Shown here: positions 11,301-23,154 of the stretch, in pieces | Position numbering within the stretch: the stretch's first letter is position 1 | Layout: each line of letters begins with the position of its first letter | Source: Octopus sinensis | Taxonomy: Eukaryota | DNA length: 64,000 bases | Assembly: GCF_006345805.1 (NCBI RefSeq) | Contig: NC_043022.1 | Location: forward strand, 15,438,001 to 15,502,000 | Reading direction: 5' to 3' | Translations under genes and position numbers: made by a program | Notes under the pieces: model-generated | What the model was told of the DNA's origin: nothing | The model's input: the letters and a program-made list of their open reading frames with translations, nothing else | The model's database searches: none

Positions 11301-14300
11301 TTCTTCTATCATACTCTCAATTTTGGTCAACTTGCACCGCAGGGTCTCAAAGGAGATAGTGTTAGTTGAAGGCTACCAAACCTGCCATACACAGACAACT
11401 TCATGTAAATAATTTTTGGTGTTAACATGGTCCGATTTGAATTTTTTCTTCTACGGAAGGAAGAGCAAGCCTTCTTCTAGCATACTCTCAATTTTGGTCA
11501 ACTTGCACACCGCAGGGTCTCAAAGGAGATAGTGTTAGTTGAAGGCTACCAAACCTGCCATACACACAACTTCATGTAAATAATTTTTGGTGTTAACATG
11601 GTCCGATTTGAATTTTTTCTTCTACGGAAGGAAGAGCAAGCCTTCTTCTAGCATACTCTCAATTTTGGCTAACTTGCGCCGCAGGGTCTCAAAGGAGATA
11701 GTGTTAGTTGAAGGCTACCAACCTGCCACACACAGACAACTTCATGTAAATAATTTTTGGTGTTAACATGGTCCGATTTGAATTTTTTCTTCTACGGAAG
11801 GAAGAGCAAGCCTTCTTCTAGCATACTCTCAATTTTGGCTAACTTGCGCCGCAGGGTCTCAAAGGAGATAGTGTTAGTTGAAGGCTACCAAACCTGCCAT
11901 ACATACACAGACACTCATGTAAATAATTTTTGGTGTTAACATGGTCCGATTTGAATTTTTTCTTCTACGGAAGGAAGAACAAGCCTTCTTCTATCATACT
12001 CTCAATTTGGTCAACTTGCACCGCAGGGTCTCAAAGGAGATAGTGTTTTTGAAGGCTACCAAACCTGCCATACACAGACAACTTCATGTAAATAATTTTT
12101 GGTGTTAACATGGTCCGATTTGAATTTTTTCTTCTACGGAAGGAAGAGCAAGCCTTCTTCTAGCATACTCTCAATTTTGGTCAACTTGCACCGCAGGGTC
12201 TCAAAGGAGATAGTGTTAGTTGAAGGCTACAAACCTGCCATACACAGACAACTTCATGTAAATAATTTTTGGTGTTAACATGGTCCGATTTGAATTTTTC
12301 TTCTACGGAAGGAAGAGCAAGCCTTCTTCTAGCATACTCTCAATTTTGGCCAACTTGCACCGCAGGGTCTCAAAGGAGATAGTGTTAGTTGAAGGCTACC
12401 AACCTACCACACACAGACAACTTCATGTAAATAATTTTGGTGTTAACATGGTCCGATTTGAATTTTTTCTTCTACGGAAGGAAGAGCAAGCCTTCTTCTA
12501 GCATACTCTCAATTTTGGCCAACTTGCACCGCAGGGTCTCAAAGGAGATAGTGTTAGTTGAAGGCTACCAAACCTGCCACACACAGACAACTTCATGTAA
12601 ATAATTTTTGGTGTTAACATGGTCCGATTTGAATTTTTTCTTCTACGGAAGGAAGAGCAAGCCTTCTTCTAGCATACTCTCAATTTTGGCTAACTTGCGC
12701 CGCAGGGTCTCAAAGGAGATAGTGTTAGTTGAAGGCTACCAAACCTGCCATACACAGACAACTTCATGTAAATAATTTTTGGTGTTAACATGGTCCGATT
12801 TGAATTTTTTCTTCTACGGAAGGAAGAGCAAGCCTTCTTCTAGCATACTCTCAATTTTGGCTAACTTGCGCCGCAGGGTCTCAAAGGAGATAGTGTTAGT
12901 TGAAGGCTACCAAACCTGCCATACACAGACAACTTCATGTAAATAATTTTTGGTGTTAACATGGTCCGATTTGAATTTTTTCTTCTACGGAAGGAAGAGC
13001 AAGCCTTCTTCTAGCATACTCTCAATTTTGGCCAACTTGCGCCGCAGGGTCTCAAAGGAGATAGTGTTAGTTGAAGGCTACCAAACGTGCCACACACAGA
13101 CAACTTCATGTAAATAATTTTTGGTGTTAACATGGTCCGATTTGAATTTTTTCTTCTACGGAAGGAAGAGCAAGCCTTCTTCTAGCATACTCTCAATTTG
13201 GTCAACTTGCACCGCAGGGTCTCAAAGGAGATAGTGTTAGTTGAAGGCTACCAACCTACCACACACCAGACAACTTCATGTAATAATTTTTGGTGTTAAC
13301 ATGGTCCGATTTGAATTTTTTCTTCTACGGAAGGAAGAGCAAGCCTTCTTCTAGCATACTCTCAATTTTGGCCAACTTGCGCCGCAGGGTCTCAAAGGAG
13401 ATAGTGTTAGTTGAAGGCTACCAAACGTGCCACACACAGACAACTTCATGTAAATAATCTTTGGTGTTAACATGGTCCGATTTGAATTTTTTCTTCTACG
13501 AAGGAGGAAGAGCAAGCCTTCTTCTAGCATACTCTCATTTTGGTCAACTTGCACCGCAGGGTCTCAAAGGAGATAGTGTTAGTTGAAGGCTACCAACCTA
13601 CCACACACACAGACAACTTCATGTAATAATTTTTGGTGTTAACATGGTCCGATTTGAATTTTTTCTTCTACGGAAGGAAGAGCAAGCCTTCTTCTAGCAT
13701 ACTCTCAATTTTGGCTAACTTGCGCCGCAGGGTCTCAAAGGAGATAGTGTTAGTTGAAGGCTACCAAACGTGCCACACACAGACAACTTCATGTAAATAA
13801 TTTTTGTGTTAACATGGTCCGATTTGAATTTTTTCTTCTACGGAAGGAAGAGCAAGCCTTCTTCTAGCATACTCTCAATTTTGGCCAACTTGCGCCGCAG
13901 GGTCTCAAAGGAGATAGTGTTAGTTGAAGGCTACCAAACCTGCCACACACAGACAACTTCATGTAAATAATTTTTGGTGTTAACATGGTCCGATTTGAAT
14001 TTTTTCTTCTACGGAAGGAAGAGCAAGCCTTCTTCTAGCATACTCTCAATTTTGGTCAACTTGCACCGCAGGGTCTCAAAGGAGATAGTGTTAGTTGAAG
14101 GCTACCAAACGTTCCACACACAGACAACTTCATGTAAATAATTTTTGGTGTTAACATGGTCCGATTTGAATTTTTTCTTCTACGGAAGGAAGAGCAAGCC
14201 TTCTTCTAGCATACTCTCAATTTTGGCCAATTTGCGCCGCAGGGTCTCAAAGGAGATAGTGTTAGTTGAAGGCTACCAAACCTGCCACACACAGACAACT

Positions 14301-16630
14301 TCATGTAAATAATTTTTGGTGTTAACATGGTCCGATTTGAATTTTTTCTTCTACAGAAGGAAGAGCAAGCCTTCTTCTAGCATACTCTCAATTTTGGTCA
14401 ACTTGCACCGCAGGGTCTCAAAGGAGATAGTGTTAGTTGAAGGCTACCAAACGTGCCACACACAGACAACTTCATGTAAATAATTTTTGGTGTTAACATG
14501 GTCCGATTTGAATTTTTTCTTCTACAGAAGGAAGAGCAAGCCTTCTTCTAGCATACTCTCAATTTTGGTCAACTTGCACCGCAGGGTCTCAAAGGAGATA
14601 GTGTTAGTTGAAGGCTACCAAACGTGCCACACACAGACAACTTCATGTAAATAATTTTTGGTGTTAACATGGTCCGATTTGAATTTTTTCTTCTACGGAA
14701 GAAGAGCAAGCCTTCTTCTAGCATACTCTCAATTTGGGCTAACTTGCGCCGCAGGGTCTCAAAGGAGATAGTGTTAGTTGAAGGCTACCAAACGTGCCAC
14801 ACACAGACAACTTCATGTAAATAATTTTGGTGTTAACATGGTCCGATTTGAATTTTTTCTTCTACGGAAGGAAGAGCAAGCCTCTTCTTCTAGCATACTC
14901 TCAATTTTGGCCAACTTGCGGCCGCGGGCAGGTCTCAAAGGAGATAGTGTTAGTTGAAGGCTACCAAACGTTCCACACACAGACAACTTCATGTAAATAA
15001 TTTTTGGTGTTAACATGGTCCGATTTGAATTTTTTCTTCTACGGAAGAAAGCAAGCCTTCTTCTAGCATACTCTCAATTTTGGCCAACTTGCGCCACAGG
15101 GTCTCAAAGGAGATAGTGTTAGTTGAAGGCTACCAAACCTGCCACACACAGACAACTTCATGTAAATAATTTTTGGTGTTAACATGGTCCGATTTGAATT
15201 TTTTCTTCTACAGAAGGAAGAGCAAGCCTTCTTCTAGCATACTCTCAATTTTGGTCAACTTGCTTGCCCGCAGGTCTCAAAGGAGATAGTGTTAGTTGAA
15301 GGCTACCAAACGTGCCACACCAGACAACTTCATGTAAATAATTTTTGGTGTTAACATGGTCCGATTTGAATTTTTTCTTCTACGGAAGGAAGAGCAAGCC
15401 TTCTTCTAGCATACTCTCAATTTTGGTCAACTTGCACCGCAGGGTCTCAAAGGAGATAGTGTTAGTTGAAGGCTACCAAACGTTCCACACCAGACAACTT
15501 CATGTAAATAATTTTTGGTGTTAACATGGTCCGATTTGAATTTTTTCTTCTACGGAAGGAAGAGCAAGCCTTCTTCTAGCATACTCTCAATTTTGGTCAA
15601 CTTGCACCGCAGGGTCTCAAAGGAGATAGTGTTAGTTGAAGGCTACCAAACGTTCCACACACAGACACTTCATGTAAATAATTTTTGGTGTTAACATGGT
15701 CCGATTTGAATTTTTTCTTCTACAGAAGGAAGAGCAAGCCTTCTTCTAGCATACTCTCAATTTTGGTCAACTTGCACCGCAGGGTCTCAAAGGAGATAGT
15801 GTTAGTTGAAGGCTACCAACGTGCCACACACACAGACAACTTCATGTAAATAATTTTTGGTGTTAACATGGTCCGATTTGAATTTTTTCTTCTACGGAAG
15901 GAAGAGCAAGCCTTCTTCTAGCATACTCTCAATTTTGGTCAACTTGCACCGCAGGGTCTCAAGGAGATAGTGTTAGTTGAAGGCTACCAAACGTTCCACA
16001 CACAGACAACTTCATGTAAATAATTTTTGGTGTTAACATGGTCCGATTTGAATTTTTTCTTCTACGGAAGGAAGAGCAAGCCTTCTTCTAGCATACTCTC
16101 AATTGGTCAACTTGCACCGCAGGGTCTCAAAGGAGATAGTGTTAGTTGAAGGCTACCAAACGTTCCACACACAGACAACTCATGTAAATATTTTTGGTGT
16201 TAACATGGTCCGATTTGAATTTTTTTTCTACAGAAGGAAGAGCAAGCCTTCTTCTAGCATACTCTCAATTTTGGTCAACTTGCACCGCAGGGTCTCAAAG
16301 GAGATAGTGTTAGTTGAAGGCTACCAAACGTTCCACACACAGACAACTTCATATAAATAATTTTTGGGTTTAACATGGTCCGATTTGAATTTTTTCTTCT
16401 ACGGAAGGAAGAGCAAGCCTTCTTCTATCATACTCTCAATTTTGGTCAACTTGCACCGCAGGGTCTCAAAGGACATAGTGTTAGTTGAAGGCTACCAAAC
16501 GTGCCACACACAGACAACTTCATGTAAATAATTTTTGGTGTTAACATGGTCCGATTTGAATTTTTTCTTCTACGGAAGGAAGAGCAAGCCTTCTTCTATC
16601 ATACTCTCAATTTTGGCCAACTTGCACTGC
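8331..16630. repeat. Tandem satellite array, 171-bp unit, ~48 copies, highly homogeneous
   Basis: atgtaaataatttttggtgttaacatgg recurs at 8331, 8502, 8673 and onward with period 171. Units differ by a few SNPs and 1-3-bp indels. Confidence 0.98.
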
Positions 16631-16635
16631 AGAAC

Positions 16636-16717
16636 TTAATTCAGAACTCATGAAAACAAGACATTTGTATTACTGAGCCAGATCCAGTTTCAGCCAGGTT
16701 GGTAACGAAAGAGTTAA
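16636..16717 (-). mobile_element. 5' fragment of the TTAA-flanked MITE, in reverse orientation
   Basis: The reverse complement reads ttaactctttcgttaccaacctggctgaaac...aaatgtcttgttttcat, matching 42453-42530. Confidence 0.8.
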
Positions 16718-17400
16718 GGTCATGCATGTCTGTGGAGTACTCAGCTGCTTGCATGTTAATTTCACAAACAGTCTGTTCCGTTGATTGGACCAACGTCAAT
16801 TTTTCTGTCTGTATTGGGAATTTCCAAAAGATTGCACCTGTGCGGGTGGCACGTAAAAAGCACCCACTACACTCACGGAGTGGTTGGTGTTAGGAAGATA
16901 AACAGCACATGACCTTGCAGGTGGGGCCCAGTTAGAATTTTCTTCTGGTCGAGTAACCCATCCCGCTCAAAAGGTCCCTGAATAAGGGTTGTTTAAGGAC
17001 GTTGAACAAAACAGCCATGTTTCCAGAGGTGAATTATTCAAACCCCAAAGAATCCCTCTCAACACGTGGCTATGATGCTCCCCCACTACTTCTGCTCGTG
17101 ATCAGAGATGCACATATCGTCAGCCACTAAGGGACATGCTCAACTGGTTAAGGTCAAACAACTGACAAGTAAATCTGTGGTATTGAGCAGAATATTTGCT
17201 GTAGCTCATCTTTTATACCAAGACAAAACAATGTACATGATAACACTTCCAATCAGTTAAGATCAGAAGCCATGAGAGCCACTGCCTGGTACTGCATCAG
17301 GGCTATTATGATTATTATTATTATTATTATTATGATTATTATTATTTACACTGTTGTTGCCTTGTAAGCTGTTCAACAACAAACTGGATGTTTTACGAGT

Positions 17401-17622
17401 ATATGGCATAGAGATTAAGAGCGTGGGCTACTAATCCCAAGATTCAGAGTTCAATTCCAGGCAGTGACCTGAATAATAATAACATCGAAAAATACCTTAA
17501 GAATGAGAATCCAGGTTCGAAATTTCCCCGAGACACCTGATAAAGGCTGGAGGGTATATCTGCCAAAACGCTGTGTTAATAACAAACAAGATGAGGACAA
17601 ATATCAGTCAAATGTAAATAAT
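17401..17622 (+). mobile_element. tRNA-headed SINE (family F) with a Penelope-like, hammerhead-like tail
   Basis: Degenerate A/B boxes (atggcatagagattaagagcg...gagttcaattcc). The 3' part aacaaacaagatgag...aatgtaaataat recurs at 40753-40815. Confidence 0.6.
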
Positions 17623-17699
17623 TCCTCATCTCTTAAATATAGAACAGCAGAAAGGATGATTATTATTCTGCTTTTTTTATGTTTTTTTTTAAATTTAGG

Positions 17700-17885
17700 C
17701 ACAAGGCCCGAAATTTGGGGGGAAGGAGGCCAGTCAATTAGATAAACCCCAATATGCAACTGGTACTTAATTTACTGACTCCAAAAGGATGAAAGGTAAA
17801 GTCAACCTCGGCGGAATTTGAACTCAGAATGTTTATTGCTAAACATTTCGCCCGGCTTGCTAACGTTTCTGCCACCTCGCTGCCT
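17700..17885 (-). mobile_element. SINE family B (Meta-domain-like), degenerate
   Basis: Reverse complement of ggcgagctggcagaa...gagttcaaattccgccgaggttgacttt.ccttt catcc...aattaagtaccag. Confidence 0.75.
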
Positions 17886-18092
17886 TGATAGGATGATTAT
17901 TATTATTGCTGTTGTTATTTTCCTGAATTTCTTTTCCCACCCCAAACCTTACCCAGAGACTACTTTGTCTTCTTTTTCCCTTTTTATTGCTTTGTGGGTG
18001 TGGAGGGTTTATGAGCGTTTATACTTTGTAGTACCTCTGAAGCGTGCATGAGGAGGTGTTTTATGGGTAAAATGTGTGGTGGTGGATGGGTG

Positions 18093-19190
18093 GAGAGAGA
18101 GAAATAGAGAGGAAGGGAAAGAAGGAGAGAGAGAGAAATAGAGAGGAAGGGAAAGAAAGAGAGAAATAGAGAGGAAGGGAAAGAAGAGAGAGAGAGAAAT
18201 AGAGAGGAAGGGAAAGACAGAGAGAAATAGAGAGGAAGGGAAAGAAAGAGAGAGAGAGAGAAATAGAGAGGAAGGGAAAGAAAGAGAGAGAGAGAGAAAT
18301 AGAGAGGAAGGGAAAGAAAGAGAGAGAGAGAAATAGAGAGGAAGGTAAAGAAAGAGAGAGAGAGAGAAATAGAGAGGAAGGGAAAGAAAGAGAGAAATAG
18401 AGAGGAAGGGAAAGAAAGAGAGAGAGAGAAATAGAGAGGAAGGGAAAGACAGAGAGAAATAGAGAGGAAGGGAAAGAAAGAGAGAGAGAGAGAAATAGAG
18501 AGGAAGGGAAAGAAAGAGAGAGAGAGAGAAATAGAGAGGAAGGGAAAGAAAGAGAGAGAGAGAAATAGAGAGGAAGGGAAAGACAGAGAGAAATAGAGAG
18601 GAAGGGAAAGAAAGAGAGAGAGAGAAATAGAGAGGAAGGGAAAGACAGAGAGAAATAGAGAGGAAGGAAAAGAAAGAGAGAGAGAGAGAAATAGAGAGGA
18701 AGGGAAAGAAACAAAGAGAGAGAGAAATAGAGAGGAAGGGAAAGAAAGAGAGAGAGAGAGAAATAGAGAGGAAGGGAAAGACAGAGAGAAATAGAGAGGA
18801 AGGGAAAGAAAGAGAGAGAGAGAAATAGAGAGGAAGGGAAAGACAGAGAGAAAAGAGAGGAAGGGAAAGAAAGAGAGAGAGAGAAATAGAGAGGAAGGGA
18901 AAGAAAGAGAGAGAGAGAGAAATAGAGAGGAAGGGAAAGAAAGAGAGAGAGAGAAATAGAGAGGAAGGATAAGAAAGAGAGAAATAGAGAGGAAGGGAAA
19001 GACAGAGAGAAATAGAGAGGAAGGGAAAGAAAGAGAGAGAGAGAGAAATAGAGAGGAAGGGAAAGACAGAGAGAAATAGAGAGGAAGGGAAAGAAAGAGA
19101 GAGAGAGAAATAGAGAGGAAGGGAAAGAAAGAGAGAGAGAGAGAAATAGAGAGGAAGGATAAGAAAGAGAGAGAACTAGAGAGAGAGAGA
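18093..19190. repeat. Purine-only minisatellite (~24-34-bp unit, gagagagaaatagagaggaagggaaagaaa)
   Basis: Direct reading. Confidence 0.95.
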
Positions 19191-19430
19191 GCAGTGTTTA
19201 GGTTAATACATAGAAATGGGTTTATGAAAGAATTTTTATATTTGTGTCTAGGTGTAAGTGTGTGTGTGTGGGGGTTTTCGTGTATGTGTGTGTGTGTGTG
19301 AGAGAGAGAGAGTCGGGTGGAGGGTTACTTTCTGCACATGTCGTGATAAAAAATTAGTGCACAAATGTGTGTATTTATGTGTGTGTGTTTGTGTGTATGT
19401 GTGTATTGATATAAATGTTTGCGTGAGAAG

Positions 19431-19845
19431 GCACAGGAGTGGCTGTGTGGTAAGTAGCTTGTTTACCAACCACATGGTTCCGAGTTCAGTCCCACTGCGT
19501 GGCACCTTGGGTAAGTGCCTTCTACTATAGCCTTGGACCGACCAAAGCCTTGTGAGTGGATTTGGTAGACAGAAACTGAAAGAAGCCCGTCGTATATATG
19601 TATATATATATATGCGTGTGTGTGTTTGTGGGTCTGTGTTTGTCCCCCTAGCATTGCTTGACAACCGATGCTGGTGTGTTTATGTCCCTGTTACTTAGCG
19701 GTTCGGCAAAAGAGACCGATAGAATAAGTACTGGGCTTACAAAAGAATAAGTCCCAGGGTCGAGTTGCTCGATTAAAGGCGGTGCTCCAGCATGGCTGCA
19801 GTCAAATGACTGAAACAAGTAAAAGAGTAAAAGAAAAAAAAAAAA
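19431..19845 (+). mobile_element. Full-length family A SINE inserted in duplicate copy 1
   Basis: Absent from the paralogous site at ~21687 (gcgtgagaagtgagcagagtaag). Confidence 0.9.
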
Positions 19846-20563
19846 GAGTAAGTTCGGGTACTTGTAGCAGGGTGGTGGTCAGTTTTAGGAGTCAGAAAGG
19901 CAGATACCCGGGTGACCAGATATCCGAACATACAATACTCCACTGGACAATCATCTGAGTGGTCAGATAATATGGGACTCAGAAAAGTTCTGGATATCAT
20001 TATCATCATCAACCCTAACTGTAATCATCATCATCACCACCACCACCACAACTATCATCACCATCTCCATCACCACTACCTTCATCACCATCCTCCTCCT
20101 CCTCATCATCATCATCGTCATTTAACGTCCATTTTCCATGCTGTGGGTTGGACGATTTGACAGGAGCTGGCAACCCATAGGGCTGCACCAATTTCTAGTC
20201 GTCCGTGGTTTCCAAGGCTGGAGGCCCTTCCGAACGCCAACCACTCTACAGAGTGTACCGGGTGCTTTTCACGTGGCACCAGCCCCAGTGCTTTATGCGT
20301 GGTCCATGCTCAGGTGCTTTGCAATCAGCATGGGTACTTTTTACACAGCACTAGCATAGGTGCGTTTTGTATGCGACACCTGCACAGGTGCTTTTCCTGT
20401 GGTACCAGAAGCCACAAACTTGCAAGACGAGGGTCTTGCAACTGAGAGAGGGAGAGGAACCTGAGATTAGAATATGATTGATGGACAGAGGTAGCTCTCT
20501 TACTTTCAAAGAGGGAGACATGTGGCTACTTCAGAAGGACAAGCAAAGAAAGGAAAGTGGAAC

Positions 20564-20597
<34 letters not shown>

Positions 20598-20663
20598 CAG
20601 TGTTTAGGTTAATATGTAGAAATGGGTTTATGAAAGAATTTTTATTTTTGTGTGTCTAGGTGT

Positions 20664-21527
20664 TGTTGATTATGTGCTACGTATGTCAGTTGATACCATC
20701 TCTGGCAAGGGCTTTGAAATAAAACCAAGAAGTTCCAGACACCCAACTGAATACTTGACAGACACTGACTTTGCTGACGACATCGCTCTTATCAGTGATT
20801 CTCTCTCCAATGCCCAGTCTCTTTTACAATCTCTTGAACAAGCCTCAAATTGTGTAGGTCTTTACCTCAATGAGGCCAAGACTGAATATATAAACAAGTG
20901 CCTGTCCAACAGTGATTGTATCATCCATACTCTCAACAATGCGCCCTTAAATATGGTTTCTGATTACAAATATCTTGGGTCATACATATCATCATCTGGA
21001 AAAGACTTTCTAACTAGAAAGGGTATGGCCTGGTCAGCCTGTAATGACATGCATAAGATCTGGTCATCAAATCTAAGTAGAGACTTCAAACTTGAAATAT
21101 TCAAAGCCACAGTCGAACCAATTCTACTATATGGCTCAGAAACCTGGACATTATCAAAGAAGCTTGAGAGGCGGTTGGATGGAACCTACACTCGCCTCCT
21201 TATGAGAGCTCAAAATCTCTCGTGGAAGCGCCATCCAACCAAACTGCAAATATATGAGAAACTACCACCTGTGTCATCTCTTGTGAAAGGTAAGAGAGTC
21301 CAGTTTGCTGGACATTGTTGTAGAGCTGAAAAAGAAGTAATTTCTACTCTTCTCCTCTGGAAGCCATCTACTCGCAATACCAGAGGGCGCACACTCTCCT
21401 ACCCTGATGTAATCTCCAGGGATACAGGCATCCAGCAACAGGACCTCCGTAATGCTATGATGGACCGTGAAGTCTGGCGTAGCATGGTAAATTCCATTGT
21501 CTCGACCACGGTCAAACAATGATGATG
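20664..21527 (+). mobile_element. 5'-truncated RTE-clade LINE (second family) with an open RT C-terminal frame to the stop at 21522 and a TGA tail
   Basis: FADDIAL, YKYLG, LLYGSETW, FAGHC motifs in the 290-aa ORF. Absent from the paralogous site at ~19255. Confidence 0.92.
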
Positions 21528-22344
21528 TGTGTGGGGGTGTTCGTGTATGTGTGTGTGAGAGAGAGAGAGTCGGGTGGAGGGTTACTTTGTGCACATGTCG
21601 TGATAAAAAATTAGTGCACAAATGTGTGTATTTATGTGTGTGTGTTTGTGTGTATGTGTGTATTGATATAAATGTTTGCGTGAGAAGTGAGCAGAGTAAG
21701 TTCGGGTACTTGTAGCAGGGTGGTGGTCAGTTTTAGGAGTCAGAAAGGCAGATACCCGGGTGACCAAATATCCGAACATACAATACTCTACTGGACAATC
21801 ATCTGAGTGGTCAGATAATATGTGACTCAGAAAAGTTCTGGATATCATTATCATCATCAACCCTAACTGTAATCATCATCATCACCACCACCACCATCCT
21901 CCTCCTCTTCCTCATCATCATCATCTCCATCACCACCATCCTCCTCATCATCATCGTCATTTAACGTCCATTTTCCATGCTGTGGGTTTGGACGGTTTGA
22001 CAGGAGCTGGCAACCCAGAGGGAAAGTGGAACAGAGACAGAGAGAGAGAGAGAGAGGGGAAGGGAAAGAGAGAGAGAGAGAGAGAGAAGGGAAGGGAAAG
22101 AATGAGAGAGAGAGAGAGACAGAGAGGACAAGAAGGTACTGGCTATGTGGATGAATTGTCAGATATAAGGGTCAGAAAGATACAACTCAGAGATAGCAGG
22201 AAACTAGCTGAGGGGTCAGTTGTATGAGTAAAGAAATTACCGATGGCTATGCAAGTGGTCAAATAGACGACAACTCAGTAAGGGTCCTGATTACCAATTG
22301 ACCGGCAGGTTGTGGTCATCCATATGTACAATCTGCATTAACAT

Positions 22345-22749
22345 ACTCTTTACTCTTTTACTTGTTTCAGTCATTCGACTGCGGCCATGCTGGAGCACCA
22401 CCTTTAGTCGAGCAAATCGACCCTGGGACTTATTCTTTGTAAGCCCAGTACTTATTCTATCAGTCTCTTTTGCTGAACCGCTAAGTGACGGGAACGTAAA
22501 CACACCAGCATCGGTTGTCAAGCAATGCTAGGGGGACAAACACAGACACACAAACACACACACATATATATATATATACACACATATATACGACAGGCTT
22601 CTTTCAGTTTCCATCTACCAAATCCACTCACAAGGCATTGGTCGGCCCGGGGGCTATAGCAGAAGACACTTGCCCAAGATGCCACGCAGTGGGACTGAAC
22701 CCGGCACCATGTGGTTGGTCACCAAGCTACTTACCACACAGCCACTCCT
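22345..22749 (-). mobile_element. Full-length family A SINE
   Basis: Reverse complement of the 7354 copy. Confidence 0.85.
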
Positions 22750-23154
22750 TTACAATGCACAAAAAATATAAAAATCCATAAAGATATGGATGATTTTTGC
22801 TTCTCGTTTTACAAATTTTTTAAAATTTCTTTTTACGTTATATATCTCAGTCATATAATTTTATGATCGTTTAAATCAAACTCCATAAAATCCTAATTAA
22901 CAAAGTAATAACAAGCTGTTTTTTATGACTTCTCATTTCAGTAGCTCAAGGTTATGAATTTAGTGGAAGAGGAGAAGGAGGTGGAGGAGGAAAATTAATA
23001 AGGTCTGGGGGTAGATTTGTTCAACTAAAGGTGGTGCTCCAGCATGGCTGCAGTCAAATGATTGAAACAGACAGTCGAACAAAAAAAAAGAAATTTAGGG
23101 CTCTTCAAGAGGTAGTGTCCTCTAAAGAGTGACTCGCCCAGGTTTGAGTACGTA

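Larger units (their letters stand above)
19191..22020. repeat. Local tandem duplication (copy 1 ~19191-20590, copy 2 ~20591-22020), each copy with a different TE insertion
   Basis: Shared unique blocks gcagtgtttaggttaata..., agtcgggtggagggttactt..., gagtaagttcgggtacttgtagcaggg...ttctggatatc occur in both copies. Confidence 0.9.

Noticed and set aside
9318-16360. Short ORFs repeating through the satellite (171 = 57 codons)
   Set aside because: Each frame hits a stop about once per unit and longer ORFs arise only from indels. There is no start context or protein similarity.
8331-16630. CRISPR array, or alpha-satellite relationship because the unit is 171 bp
   Set aside because: There are no unique spacers and the context is eukaryotic. 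I see no sequence resemblance to primate alphoid DNA, so the equal length is coincidental or nucleosome-related.
16900-17305. Probable LINE 3' UTR ending before an (ATT)n tract
   Set aside because: Single copy here with no coding motif, so it cannot be assigned from this window alone.
18061-18714. 217-aa S/L/F/P ORF (similar ORFs at 39412-40487, 27633-28145 and 57871-58761)
   Set aside because: Translations of low-complexity repeats.
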